DNA from: an uncultured delta proteobacterium
GTDB lineage: Bacteria; Bdellovibrionota; FAC87; UBA2466
Length of the DNA stretch: 64,000 bases
NCBI GenBank assembly: GCA_963778115.1
Contig: CAVZSV010000004.1
Location: 480,001-544,000, forward strand
Direction of reading: 5' to 3'
The notes under the pieces are model-generated. The model made no database searches, was not told the DNA's origin, and worked only from the letters and a program-made list of their open reading frames with translations. A program made the translations under genes and the position numbers. Shown here piece after piece: positions 27,896 through 37,954 of the stretch; positions within the stretch are counted from its first letter, which is position 1; the number at the start of each line of letters is the position of its first letter.

Positions 27896-28450
27896 ATGCC
27901 CCTTTCCCTTGACCTGCCAGACTCCAATGTCCGGCCGAAAGAATTATTCATCACTTTTTCCAAGATTGGCCTACAAGGCTTTGGGGGCTGTATGCCCTGG
28001 GTCTATGCCGAAATCGTGGAAAAAAGAAAATGGCTTAATCCCCAGGAGTTCGCTGAACTTTTGGCACTGGGACAGATTCTCCCGGGGGCTAACGTCACTA
28101 ATTTTTCCGCCATGCTGGGGTATCGATTTTGCGGATTTCGCGGCGCAATCGCGGCTTCTTTGGGGCTCTTTCTTTTTCCTCTGATCGTAGCCATTGGATT
28201 TGCCACTTTGTACGGCCACTATGGCCACCTCGAAGCCGTACAAGGGGCACTCAGGGGGGTGACCGCCGTTGCCTGCGGTCTTATTATCAGCACCGGCATC
28301 AAATTGGCGAAAGCCCAACCTCGTAGTCTTAAAGCGCTGGTCACGGGCCTTTTGGTATTGGTGGGAATAGGAATTTTTGCCTTTCCCTTACCCTGGGTGG
28401 TTTTCGTCTTAGCGCCTCTTAGCCTTCTTGCGGAGGCAAAGCTAAGATGA
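27896..28450 (+). CDS. chrA: short-chain chromate transporter, subunit 1
   Basis: FSKIGLQGFGG, GQILPGAN. Confidence 0.88.
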   Translation: MPLSLDLPDSNVRPKELFITFSKIGLQGFGGCMPWVYAEIVEKRKWLNPQEFAELLALGQILPGANVTNFSAMLGYRFCGFRGAIAASLGLFLFPLIVAIGFATLYGHYGHLEAVQGALRGVTAVACGLIISTGIKLAKAQPRSLKALVTGLLVLVGIGIFAFPLPWVVFVLAPLSLLAEAKLR

Positions 28451-28965
28451 ATCTTCTATTGGTACTAGCATTGCACTTTCTTTTTCTGTCACTCATCGCG
28501 ATCGGCGGTGCGACAGCCGCCCTGCCTGAAATGCACCGGGTATTGGTAACACAATTGCATTTAATGGCAGACGACCAGTTCGCTCATCTCTTTGCCATTT
28601 CGCAAGCGACTCCAGGCCCCAACGTTATCTTTGTGGGTCTTTTCGGCTGGCAGACAGCGGGCCTTGCCGGAGCTTTGGTGAGCCTGTTTGCGATGTGCGG
28701 ACCGGCGAGCTTATTTGCTATTGGATTCGAGCGTTTTGGTTTCGGTCATAGAAACGATCATTGGTATGTCCTGATACGTCGGACGCTGACCCCCATAGCG
28801 ATTGGTCTGTTGCTCTCCTCCGCAGTTTTGTTGATGAAGACCGCGACTAAGCCTCTGGCACTATTCCTTACCCTACTCTCGGCAACCGTACTTCTTAGAA
28901 CGCGAATGAACCCGCTGTGGTTGATAGGCTTAGGAGCGGTGGTAGGCGTAATGGGATGGGTATAA
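28447..28965 (+). CDS. chrA: short-chain chromate transporter, subunit 2
   Basis: SLIAIGG, SQATPGPN; ATGA overlap with subunit 1. Confidence 0.88.
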   Translation: MNLLLVLALHFLFLSLIAIGGATAALPEMHRVLVTQLHLMADDQFAHLFAISQATPGPNVIFVGLFGWQTAGLAGALVSLFAMCGPASLFAIGFERFGFGHRNDHWYVLIRRTLTPIAIGLLLSSAVLLMKTATKPLALFLTLLSATVLLRTRMNPLWLIGLGAVVGVMGWV

Positions 28966-28996
28966 GAACAACTAAAATAGCAAAGGAGAAAGTTCC

Positions 28997-29386
28997 ATGA
29001 AGAATTATCTGCTGTCGATTTCCATTCTCTTATCGCTAGTCATCTCTACCCACTCTACTCAGGTTCTTAGCGAGCAAGCGACTCACTCCAAGAAAGAATT
29101 CTTGGGAAATATGGCCAAAGGGTTGAAAAATGATTTTTGTGCGCCCGATACTTTCTTTCGAAAGTGTTACTCGGTGTCCGAGAAAGAATGCATCAAAACG
29201 GCATCAACCATAGTGAAAGCCTGTATCCGCCAGGAAGGGCCCAAAGCGAACGAGGCGCTAACCGAGGCGGAAGCCGTTCAATTGGCGCATGCGATCCTAA
29301 AATGCGCCTCTCCTCGGTACGACACAACGATGAAAGAGAAGCGAAGTCATGCTCTGCATTGTGAAGATCCCTCCTATTGGAAATAG
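28997..29386 (+). CDS. secreted Cys-rich hypothetical protein
   Basis: AAGGAG RBS; signal peptide; six Cys. Confidence 0.7.
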   Translation: MKNYLLSISILLSLVISTHSTQVLSEQATHSKKEFLGNMAKGLKNDFCAPDTFFRKCYSVSEKECIKTASTIVKACIRQEGPKANEALTEAEAVQLAHAILKCASPRYDTTMKEKRSHALHCEDPSYWK

Positions 29387-29494
29387 GGCTATTACCTTTA
29401 CGAAAGCCTACAAGAAAGATTTGCTTATCTCCTAAGGCATCCCTATATTGGGCCCCGTTCAAAAAGGTTTGAACTGTGCTGAAAGAGGTGGAAA

Positions 29495-30049
29495 GTGGTT
29501 CTTCGCCAATTGACTGTTTTACTTGGATTAAGCGCATTAGCCGCATCTTCGTACGCCCTAGTCCCACCCTGGTACTATGACAGCTTGGTATTACAAAACA
29601 CGATAGGGAAAGGCCCTTGCGTTAGAGTCGGAGATCCTGATTTGGTGACCAATATCATCCCAGTTACCGCTTGCAGCGACGATGTAGGTAAAGCGCTTCT
29701 CTTTATTATGGGAAATACCAAACAGGTCAAAGTTATAAATCCCCAAGGACAAGAGATTGCTCCTTTTACCTATTCGCAAATTCCACAGACCATCGACTTC
29801 GTGGCGCAGCAGTTAGACATCGCGTTTAAGGACAATCCGCTATTCGTCCAGGTCCACTTGTTAGGAATTTTCAAGGGTACGAAAATCTCTTTGGAGGTCC
29901 AGCCCAAAATAATTCAGTTTCAAACCGACAATATCGAAGATCCCTTTCGTCATTCCACTTTCTTGGCCCAAGATCTGTTCGCAAAAGTTCTCAACGCCAA
30001 GTACTTCGATAAGATCGAGTTTCTAATGACCTCTTCGCCGTTAAACTAA
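29495..30049 (+). CDS. secreted hypothetical protein
   Basis: GAGG RBS; signal peptide SYA; PPW motif. Confidence 0.7.
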   Translation: MVLRQLTVLLGLSALAASSYALVPPWYYDSLVLQNTIGKGPCVRVGDPDLVTNIIPVTACSDDVGKALLFIMGNTKQVKVINPQGQEIAPFTYSQIPQTIDFVAQQLDIAFKDNPLFVQVHLLGIFKGTKISLEVQPKIIQFQTDNIEDPFRHSTFLAQDLFAKVLNAKYFDKIEFLMTSSPLN

Positions 30050-30055
30050 AACGCT

Positions 30056-30517
30056 CTACTGGCTCTCCAACCACTTCTTATCGAGGGTCTGAGAGGGATG
30101 GTAATAGACTTCAGAAAAAGCTCGGTCTTCAATCAAACGACCATTTAAAATATATAGCGTCCGGGGAGAAACCGAAGTGGTCTTAAAGTGAAGCACGATA
30201 GTCCCAGTCGCAATGGCTCCCGCGGAACCGGGCTCCGACGGCTGATGTAGCGCAAGCGCTCTTAAGATATCAGGGAGTTTCGCCCCTACGAACGTCTTTT
30301 GGAGCGGAGGTTCGTTCGAAGGCACAGCGGAATTGATTGAAATGGTCAGGGATTGCAGATCATTTACACTGAACTTTTGGTATCCATTATTAAACTTTAG
30401 AACAATGTCGTTACCGCTGATTCCACTGAGGATCGTGGCCGATGTATTCCTACTTCCACAGGCAGAGACTAAAGTGAACAAGACAAAACTAAACCACAAA
30501 AAGTCGATCCGCCTCAT
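30056..30517 (-). CDS. hypothetical lipoprotein
   Basis: lipobox VSAC. Confidence 0.7.
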   Translation of the reverse strand: MRRIDFLWFSFVLFTLVSACGSRNTSATILSGISGNDIVLKFNNGYQKFSVNDLQSLTISINSAVPSNEPPLQKTFVGAKLPDILRALALHQPSEPGSAGAIATGTIVLHFKTTSVSPRTLYILNGRLIEDRAFSEVYYHPSQTLDKKWLESQ

Positions 30518-30583
30518 GAATTATCCCCCATTGCTATGAAGGAATAAAAGTAACACTTCAACAAGGATTAGTCGAAAGGAACA

Positions 30584-31375
30584 CTAGTCTAATTTACGAA
30601 CTCTTCGCAATGATTCTTCGGACGAAAGCGTTTCAAAACCGATAAGGGTCGTTAGGAAAAACATATTTTCTTCGTTGATTGCTCGCATCCAACCCCGAGT
30701 CCCCCCGTAACTACGGCTGGAGATATTAAACCTAAAGTCTTGTTTTATCTTTCGAGTCTCCGCCTCAGCTAGACGAATCTTGTCATAGAGATGCTCAATG
30801 TCATCTCGGCCTTCGGTAGACGACCACATATTAAGCTTAATAAGGACCTCTCCCCCGCGTTCTGGAAATAATTCTATATGGTAACTCGTGTTGTGGGGAA
30901 TATAGCGCTCTCCATGCCATGGTTTTCCCGACTCGTATCTCGATAGGTTCCACTTCGAAAATCGGGCCAACGTCGACCAGTAATCCGCTGCTCGGGGAAG
31001 CTCTTTGAAACAGAGCAAAAGTCCTGGTTCTATAATTAGCCCTAGTGCAATCTCTCGCCCATCACGGGAAACGATGCGGTTTGAGGCATCCTTTCCGCGG
31101 TAAAAGGGGATCGCGCGATACCTAGTATCGCTATCGGTCACAAGCCGCTTCCATACCGTGTTCACCTCTTCGTCTGTCAATCCATTAGGAACGTTGGGTA
31201 CAATCCCGCTGGCTCTAAGAATTCCCCTGATGCACTCGGCATAAATTCGTTTCGCAGACCAATCCCCGCTGTTAAAGCCGAACGCGGCTGGTGGAGTTAC
31301 CACGACAGCCCCGCACAGAAGTATCAGAGAAACAGTCGGACCTAACCTTAAGTAATTTTTCACTTTAGACAGCAT
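30584..31375 (-). CDS. secreted hypothetical protein
   Basis: signal peptide AAFG. Confidence 0.6.
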   Translation of the reverse strand: MLSKVKNYLRLGPTVSLILLCGAVVVTPPAAFGFNSGDWSAKRIYAECIRGILRASGIVPNVPNGLTDEEVNTVWKRLVTDSDTRYRAIPFYRGKDASNRIVSRDGREIALGLIIEPGLLLCFKELPRAADYWSTLARFSKWNLSRYESGKPWHGERYIPHNTSYHIELFPERGGEVLIKLNMWSSTEGRDDIEHLYDKIRLAEAETRKIKQDFRFNISSRSYGGTRGWMRAINEENMFFLTTLIGFETLSSEESLRRVRKLD

Positions 31376-31490
31376 CGAGCCGAACCTTCTATCAGATCTC
31401 TTTCGATGATTGAACTAAAAACGATACCTTTCGATATTAGGGGCTGTTTATCGAGAGCAAATCGCTTACTCTCTGGCCCATGAGCCTTCT

Positions 31491-32024
31491 TTGTTAGCTA
31501 CCTCTACCGTCATCAACCGCACTCGGGAATGGATCGCTTCGATGGTTATTGGACTTAACCTTTGTCCTTTTGCGAGGAAGGTTTTCGAAGAAGATAAGAT
31601 TCGTTACGTCGTGACCGACGTCACGCAAAAGTCCTCATTGTTAGAGGTCCTTTCCTTAGAACTTACCTCTTTAGCAGCTATCCCCCGCTGGGAGACCGTC
31701 TTTGTAATTCATCCAGAAATTTTTCAAAACTTTATCGAATACAGTAGTTTTCTCCCCATCGTAGATCAAAAGATCAAAGACCTGGGGCTTCGAGGGACGA
31801 TCCAGATCGCAAGCTTTCATCCTCAATACCAATTCGGCGGATCAGAAAACGACGCCGCTGAGAACTACACCAATCGATCGCCCTTCCCCATGCTTCATTT
31901 GCTTCGAGAAGAAAGTATTTCCAAAGTAGCTGCGGATCCCCATGAACTTCTGGCGATTCCCCAAAGGAATATCGAAAGATTACGGGACTTGGGAGTGGAA
32001 AGGATTAAGCAAATGCTACGTTAA
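31491..32024 (+). CDS. DUF1415 family protein
   Basis: VIGLNLCPFA, QIASFHPQYQF, NYTNRSPFPMLHLLRE. Confidence 0.9.
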   Translation: MLATSTVINRTREWIASMVIGLNLCPFARKVFEEDKIRYVVTDVTQKSSLLEVLSLELTSLAAIPRWETVFVIHPEIFQNFIEYSSFLPIVDQKIKDLGLRGTIQIASFHPQYQFGGSENDAAENYTNRSPFPMLHLLREESISKVAADPHELLAIPQRNIERLRDLGVERIKQMLR

Positions 32025-32875
32025 GTAGTAGCAACTAATAACTCCTCCGAGCCCGGGCGAAGACCATCTGTCCGTCCGGCGAAATAGCGCTGGGTAAGAT
32101 GCGCTCCAGAAACGTGCTGAACTTTATTAAAGCCGGAGCTTTTGGCCAGCGCCAACATTTCATCAGGGGCGATGAGACTTAGAAAAGGAGTTCCGCTAGC
32201 CCGAGCGCCCTTTTCAGCCGCTTCAAAACCCGGGCGTTCCTCGGGCTCCATGAGCGCTATCGGTGGTATGAAGGTCATGACGAATGTCGAGCCAGGTGCA
32301 AAGGTTGATACCTCCCTTAACGTAGACGCGATGGCCTGCCTCGTGAGGTACATGCTGACACCCGTCGAGACGACGACGGCAGGTCTTGCGACCTTCAAAC
32401 CACAATCCACCAAACGCTTCCTCCACGATCCTCTTTCTTCGAAGTCGACCGGAACAAAACATAACCATTCAGCAATTCCTAAACCTAATTCGATAAGACG
32501 CTGTTGTTTCCAGGCCTGAGCCTCGGGTTTATCGACTTCAAAAACCTTCAACCGAGAAGCCAGTTCCTTTCGGCGCTGGGCAAAGGTATCTAGCCCGGCC
32601 CCCAGAATGACATACTGATCCACACCGTGAGCAGCCTGTGCTTCGACGAGGTCTTCGATAAAACGGGCGCGCGCCACAACGGAAGCCCGAAAGCGTTTGG
32701 TAAATTGGGGGTTCATATCGGGCCGCAAACGCCATCCCTGTTCAGGTGCTACCAGCTTAAGACCAATCTCGTCTTCAAGCACATGAGGGGGCGGATTTGC
32801 CTCAATGTGGATAGCTCTCCACAGAGCAACCCGTACCGCCGTGGTATCAGCCCGAGCATTTTTTTTATCAGCCAT
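32021..32875 (-). CDS. class I SAM-dependent methyltransferase (LCM family)
   Basis: ARARFIED, QYVILGAGLDT, FEVD. Confidence 0.9.
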   Translation of the reverse strand: MADKKNARADTTAVRVALWRAIHIEANPPPHVLEDEIGLKLVAPEQGWRLRPDMNPQFTKRFRASVVARARFIEDLVEAQAAHGVDQYVILGAGLDTFAQRRKELASRLKVFEVDKPEAQAWKQQRLIELGLGIAEWLCFVPVDFEERGSWRKRLVDCGLKVARPAVVVSTGVSMYLTRQAIASTLREVSTFAPGSTFVMTFIPPIALMEPEERPGFEAAEKGARASGTPFLSLIAPDEMLALAKSSGFNKVQHVSGAHLTQRYFAGRTDGLRPGSEELLVATT

Positions 32876-32933
32876 GAGGTTCTCCCTAAGAATTATCCTT
32901 CGAACGCCATGATATTCCTAGCTAATCATAACC

Positions 32934-32961
32934 TAAAGTTGGCTTAACGCCCCGCCGATAA
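32934..32961 (+). promoter_or_regulatory. sigma28 (FliA)-type promoter
   Basis: TAAA-N16-GCCGATAA. Confidence 0.65.
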
Positions 32962-33166
32962 GAACGAATGAAAAAGATAGCGCATAAAAGTCATCCTCTA
33001 ACCCTACTTACCGGACTCGTGCTGGTGCCCAAACCGAGTGCTCCAATATTAGCGGCGGAGTTTTCACTCCCAATTAGCAATTCATCTGGTCTGTTGTTGT
33101 TAGCAGACGTTACTGCCTTTTCGGCAGCAAGCGCACTAATCGCTGTCCCACGGATAGATTTAAGTA

Positions 33167-34348
33167 ATGAGAAAACTATTAGCTGCGATCGCATTTTTGC
33201 TTTCGACCTCGGGTTGGGCAAGCGCCATCCAGTCGCTCATTCCGGCTGACAAATTAGCTCAAATTAAAGCGGCCCTTCCGCAAGTGAGCTATCAAGCCCT
33301 TAACGCTACGTTCCTGAGTCCCGATACCCTTTGGTATGACACGAGTGTCATGGCGCCGTCTTATCAAGAGACGGGGCATCCGGGAGGCGGAGCTCAAGAC
33401 AATGCTCATTGGTTGCGTCTGATTGCACCCTCTCTTTTGGATACCGCAAATAAAATTTATGACGGGACTCAACTGCGCTGGCGGTTCCCCTTCGCAACCA
33501 CAGCTGGCATGGATGACTCCACCAATACCTATGTCGCCAATTTCCTAGCCCTTCCTTCTCAGAATGGACAGATTCAGCCACTTCCTGTCTCTTCCACTTC
33601 AGACGATGAATTTACCTCCTGGGTGTGGACCTACCCTAACGGGACCATCGTCGGCGAAGTCATTTTCATCAAGGATGGAGCGGACGGATTACTTCCGTGC
33701 GAAGTTCGCACACGCACTCGAAGTGCCAATGGTTGGGCAGCCGATGTCTTCCGCCCTTTTCCCCAAGCTTCTCTTCTCGATACGGCCATCAAAGCCAACA
33801 GACCCCAATGGCAAAACACTCCGCAACTGGTTTCCGTTATTGAATTTCTGGAAAACAACGCGACGTTGACACCACTTACGTTAACGGCGACAGGGCTTCC
33901 CGGAACTTTCGATCAGGCGGGATACTTGGACACGCTCCCAGATTTTGGAGATCCTGATTTAGTCCGCGAACTTTTGCAAACGACGAGATTTATTTCGGCC
34001 TACGGAGCGGTTTGGAAACAAAATGGGAGTCAGCAAACTTATGCCGCTTCCACCCAATCCACTTTCTCCATCGTCCCGGAAAATTATACCGCTGGTATCA
34101 TCGAGGTAAGCGATACCTCCTGCATGCGTTGCCATCAAAGTGCCGCCGAGAAGCTTGAGGATTTCTACGATGACATTCAACTCTATGGAGAGATTTGGGG
34201 GAAAGACGGTATTTTTACTTTCCATCCCTTTGATGAAAGCTATTATCCCGAGCTGGATTTAAATGAACAAGACAACCGCCATATGAACCAAAACCTAGTC
34301 AATATGGGCGTTACCGTTTGGGTAGGAGATAACCTAGTTAAACGGTAA
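33167..34348 (+). CDS. secreted mono-heme c-type cytochrome-like protein
   Basis: signal peptide; single CMRCH heme motif; WTYPNGTIVGE. Confidence 0.6.
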   Translation: MRKLLAAIAFLLSTSGWASAIQSLIPADKLAQIKAALPQVSYQALNATFLSPDTLWYDTSVMAPSYQETGHPGGGAQDNAHWLRLIAPSLLDTANKIYDGTQLRWRFPFATTAGMDDSTNTYVANFLALPSQNGQIQPLPVSSTSDDEFTSWVWTYPNGTIVGEVIFIKDGADGLLPCEVRTRTRSANGWAADVFRPFPQASLLDTAIKANRPQWQNTPQLVSVIEFLENNATLTPLTLTATGLPGTFDQAGYLDTLPDFGDPDLVRELLQTTRFISAYGAVWKQNGSQQTYAASTQSTFSIVPENYTAGIIEVSDTSCMRCHQSAAEKLEDFYDDIQLYGEIWGKDGIFTFHPFDESYYPELDLNEQDNRHMNQNLVNMGVTVWVGDNLVKR

Positions 34349-34360
34349 CGCTACGATCGC

Positions 34361-37300
34361 TTACTCAAGAAGGGTGATCGACATCTCCGCGGCTTGTTGA
34401 ATTATGGCTCTGGGATCTTGCTCTCTAATTCGACGAAGTTGGGGAAGCGCGACCTTTGCTCCTTGTCCCCAATCGGGAAGTTCTTCAATGGCCTCTCTCT
34501 TTTTGTAGGCGATAGGTGAATCTAGCAACGGCAACAGTTTATCAACGGGCATTGCCGTATGACGTACCAGATAGTGATGGGCAAGTTCACGAATCTGTTG
34601 GTCAGGATCAGAGGTGAGTCGTTGCATGGTAGGCGCTATGTTTGGATTTAATACCAGTTTTTCGACAAGCTCTGAACGAATAGAGGGCTCGGTTTCTCTT
34701 TGGAGCAGTTCCGAAAGAATTGAAGGGTCGGAAATCCTATCGATAAGCTCGTGGCGTATGGCAGCGGTGGGCTCACGCCGTAGCCAATCGCCAAAGGCAG
34801 TTTGGTCCTCAACTTCGTCGTGTCCATAGGTAGCGGCACTTGTGAAAATGATGGCTCCGTAATGCCGTTTGCGCTCACTCTCGAAACGACTAAACTGGTA
34901 GACACTTTCCGAACCCCTTTTTGCTAGTGCCGACAAGGCCGTTGAACCAGTTTCAGGATCGTCACTTGCCTTATTTAGACAATCCACCACATCAGGATCC
35001 CAAATGTCTTTATCTCCCAAGGCGTAGAGTGCCGCGATTCTCACCTCCTTATTCCCGGTCTTCGCAAGTGCAATCAGAGTCGAAGTAATAGAAGGCAAGT
35101 CCGATTTGGCCCATCCCAGATAGAAAATGGCATTCGTCTGCTCCTCACCGGTGGCACTTTGCGAAAGTTCGAGCAATTTAGCAATGCCCAAATCTCCAAA
35201 ACCGCTCAAGGCTTCTACCGCTTTGGCTCTCTGTGCCGGATGCCCCAGGGCTTCGATTGCTATAGCCAATCCCTCAGGGCCAGAGTTTCCCAAATTCGCT
35301 AAGAGCAAATCTTTAAGGTTATCGTCTCCCCGAGCGTAAAGCGCTTTATAGGCCGCAATAGTTTTTGAATCGGGGCCGAAGGCTCCGAGTCCGCGGATGG
35401 CGGAATTGCGTATCGCAGTATCTTTGTCATAAAGCGCCTTTAATAAGATGTCCCCAGAGTTAGGATCCAATTTTCCAAGAGCGGGCAGTGCGACCTCTCG
35501 CAAAAACGTATCGCCCGTCGCATCGACAATGCGCAAAGCTTTTGCGAGTTCCGGAGTTGATTTGCCTATCTGATTTAAGAGCATCGTTGCTTGGCGCTTA
35601 TCATTGATATCACCACTTTTTAATTCTTCGATGAGCTTTGGAACCGCGGCGTCGAGTCTCACATGGGTCCCGAGCATGACTTGAAAAGCCGTCCACTTAT
35701 AGGGCTTGTTGCCTTCAACATCGGTCGTATCCAGCATTCCCAAGATCGCTTCTAACTTCTCAGGCGTCCATTCTCCGATATAGGGCTCATAGCCCAACCT
35801 AAACACATCTTCATGCGTGTTCATAAAACCGCCCGAGTGGTGTTCCCCGTGCACAAGAATTTTTGGCAGCATCTTGGGGCCAAAACCCTGCAAAATGGAA
35901 AGCATACGGTTTCGATATTCCGTGGGCCTTTCCCGAGAGTGTTTCATCAAATAATTGAGTCCCAAATCCCCGTCCCCTTTAGCCTGGACGAAAGCATTGA
36001 GAGCTGCCTCGCGCGTTAGCGGACCAGGATGTTCAATACTTTCCTCAATCGCCTCTTTGATCGACTTGCGCATTCCCTCCGACATTGTCTTATCATCGGC
36101 GAAGTACCTTCCCAGTTTGGCAATGAGCATGGATCTGCCGCTGTCTCGAAGTCCTGGCTTTTGAAGGGACGTAAGTATCATTGCGACATCGCCGTCGAGG
36201 TCTTCACGCAAAAAACGTCTAAGCTCGTCGCGATCGGGACGTTCGGATAGCCCCCCGAGCAGACGATGGCCAAGTTCTTTTGCCGTTTTTGCAAGAGGTC
36301 CGTTCTTGATTCCTTTTAAGTCTTCGTAAATTTGATGGTACCTTGCCCCGGGCAAGACGGTTACGGGAACGGATTCCAACGCATTTAATGCGGTTTTTTG
36401 CCGCTGCGGGTCCTTCAACGCATCTAACACCTCCCAATGATCTCTTAGAGAGTCCCACTGTTTTAGCTTCGCCAGCGAAGAAAAAGAGAGAAGGCGCAAG
36501 ACCTCGTTCGTCGACGAAAGATTCCTGTTCAATGCGGCGACTACATTAGAAAGTTCGTCGTCTTCTAATTTTGCCTTTCCCAAAGCCGTTATCGCTCGAG
36601 CCTGCAATAGGGGGTCCGAATTCCCTGCCATATCGACAAGGGTAGGTATCACTTTTGAGCGGACTCCGAACGGGGCCGATGCAAGTCTGCCCAGCTCCGT
36701 CAGCGCGCGAACGCGGTACTGGGGATCTAGCGTTGAATCGTTTGCGATCTGCATTAGTACGCGAGCAATTTCATCACCATGAGCCTCAGTTCCCATCGCG
36801 GATAATAGCGTTATCGCCTCTGCGGAAACGTCAGGATGTGTCGCAAGTTGGGAAAGCGTCCTTAAAACCGATTCGAAGTGATCGCCCAATAATCCATCTC
36901 GATGCATTTGGCTTAGCGCGGGAGCGAGATCACTTAGCAGCTTTGCCGAGGTTGTCCCGGACAATAGCCCCACAATGGTATCTTGTGTTTTTTTGTCCTG
37001 TTGTCCGATTTGGGAAAGCGCGTGTAATGTTTTCCCCTGAAGTTCGGAATCCGAACTGGAATGTTTTGGGAGAAAATTGAGCAAAGCATCAGTAGTCGAA
37101 TGAGCGGCGCGCCCCATGTTTCCTAACGCGACAATGGCATTCGGCTGTGTTTGCGGACTCGATAAAGCGGTTTTGACTTCGGGAAGAAAGTTTTCACCGC
37201 CAGTCCCTAAGGCCGAGATAGTACGCAGAGCCGCGTTCTGAGGGGTAGAATCGTTATGAGAGAGCATTTCTTTGAGTTGCACGTTGAGATCCCCGCGCGG

Positions 37301-37779
37301 GGTGTGCGCAATCAGAAGTGACCTCAAAGCCTCTTCCAGTCGGCCTGAAGTTTCTAGCGCGCCCAAAATCGGAAATAGAGGTGTACTTTGTTCTTGAGTG
37401 AGGCTGTCTCCTTCGAGTAGCAGCGAAAGTGCAACAGCGGCTTGTGTGCGAGCGGCCTCTAAAGACTGGTCTTTGAGACCGATAATGCGAAGCATGTCCT
37501 TTTCCGCTCGCTGCCTCTCTTCTTCCCGCTTCCTTAGATCCTGGGCGTGAGCGCGAAATGTTCTACCGTTAGTCGAATCGCTCGGGTCATACCAGCCGGC
37601 TCATTAGAAGTTTCTAACTGCCTTAGAAAATTAAGTTCCTCTTCATCTTCAGGCTCTTTAGCATCGGGATCTTGTTGCTGGGTTAACGAATTTATTACCT
37701 TTGTCGCCTCGTGAGCCAGAGGGTTGGCGAAACAGGGGACTAAAGACCAAGCCAGAAAAAGCGGCAAAAGAACCTGCAT
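34361..37779 (-). pseudogene. secreted HEAT-repeat protein split by a frameshift near 37534-37600
   Basis: 81-aa signal-peptide ORF overlaps the open -1 frame of the 1044-aa HEAT ORF; many A..ALG repeats. Confidence 0.7.
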
Positions 37780-37840
37780 AGTGCGTGGGGTATACCACCA
37801 AAGTTGCTTTCAAAGCTACTTGGCAAAAAAAACTGCCCAG

Positions 37841-37905
37841 AAGGTGCCCGTCGACTTTCAGGACCGTATGCGAAAGTCAGGGTCCTGAAAGTCGACGGGC
37901 ACCTT
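37841..37905. repeat. perfect 25-bp inverted repeat (REP-like)
   Basis: aaggtgcccgtcgactttcaggacc-N15-ggtcctgaaagtcgacgggcacctt. Confidence 0.9.
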
Positions 37906-37945
37906 TTCTGTTTCTGGCACCTTTTCTCTTTCTGGCACCTTTTCT
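37898..37945. repeat. 18-bp tandem repeat, about 2.5 copies
   Basis: ggcaccttttctgtttct / ggcaccttttctctttct / ggcacctttttc. Confidence 0.8.
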
Positions 37946-37954
37946 TTCTTTTCT

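Noticed and set aside
37841..37945. CRISPR array
   Set aside because: The repeats are inverted or directly tandem with no unique spacers, and there are no cas genes.
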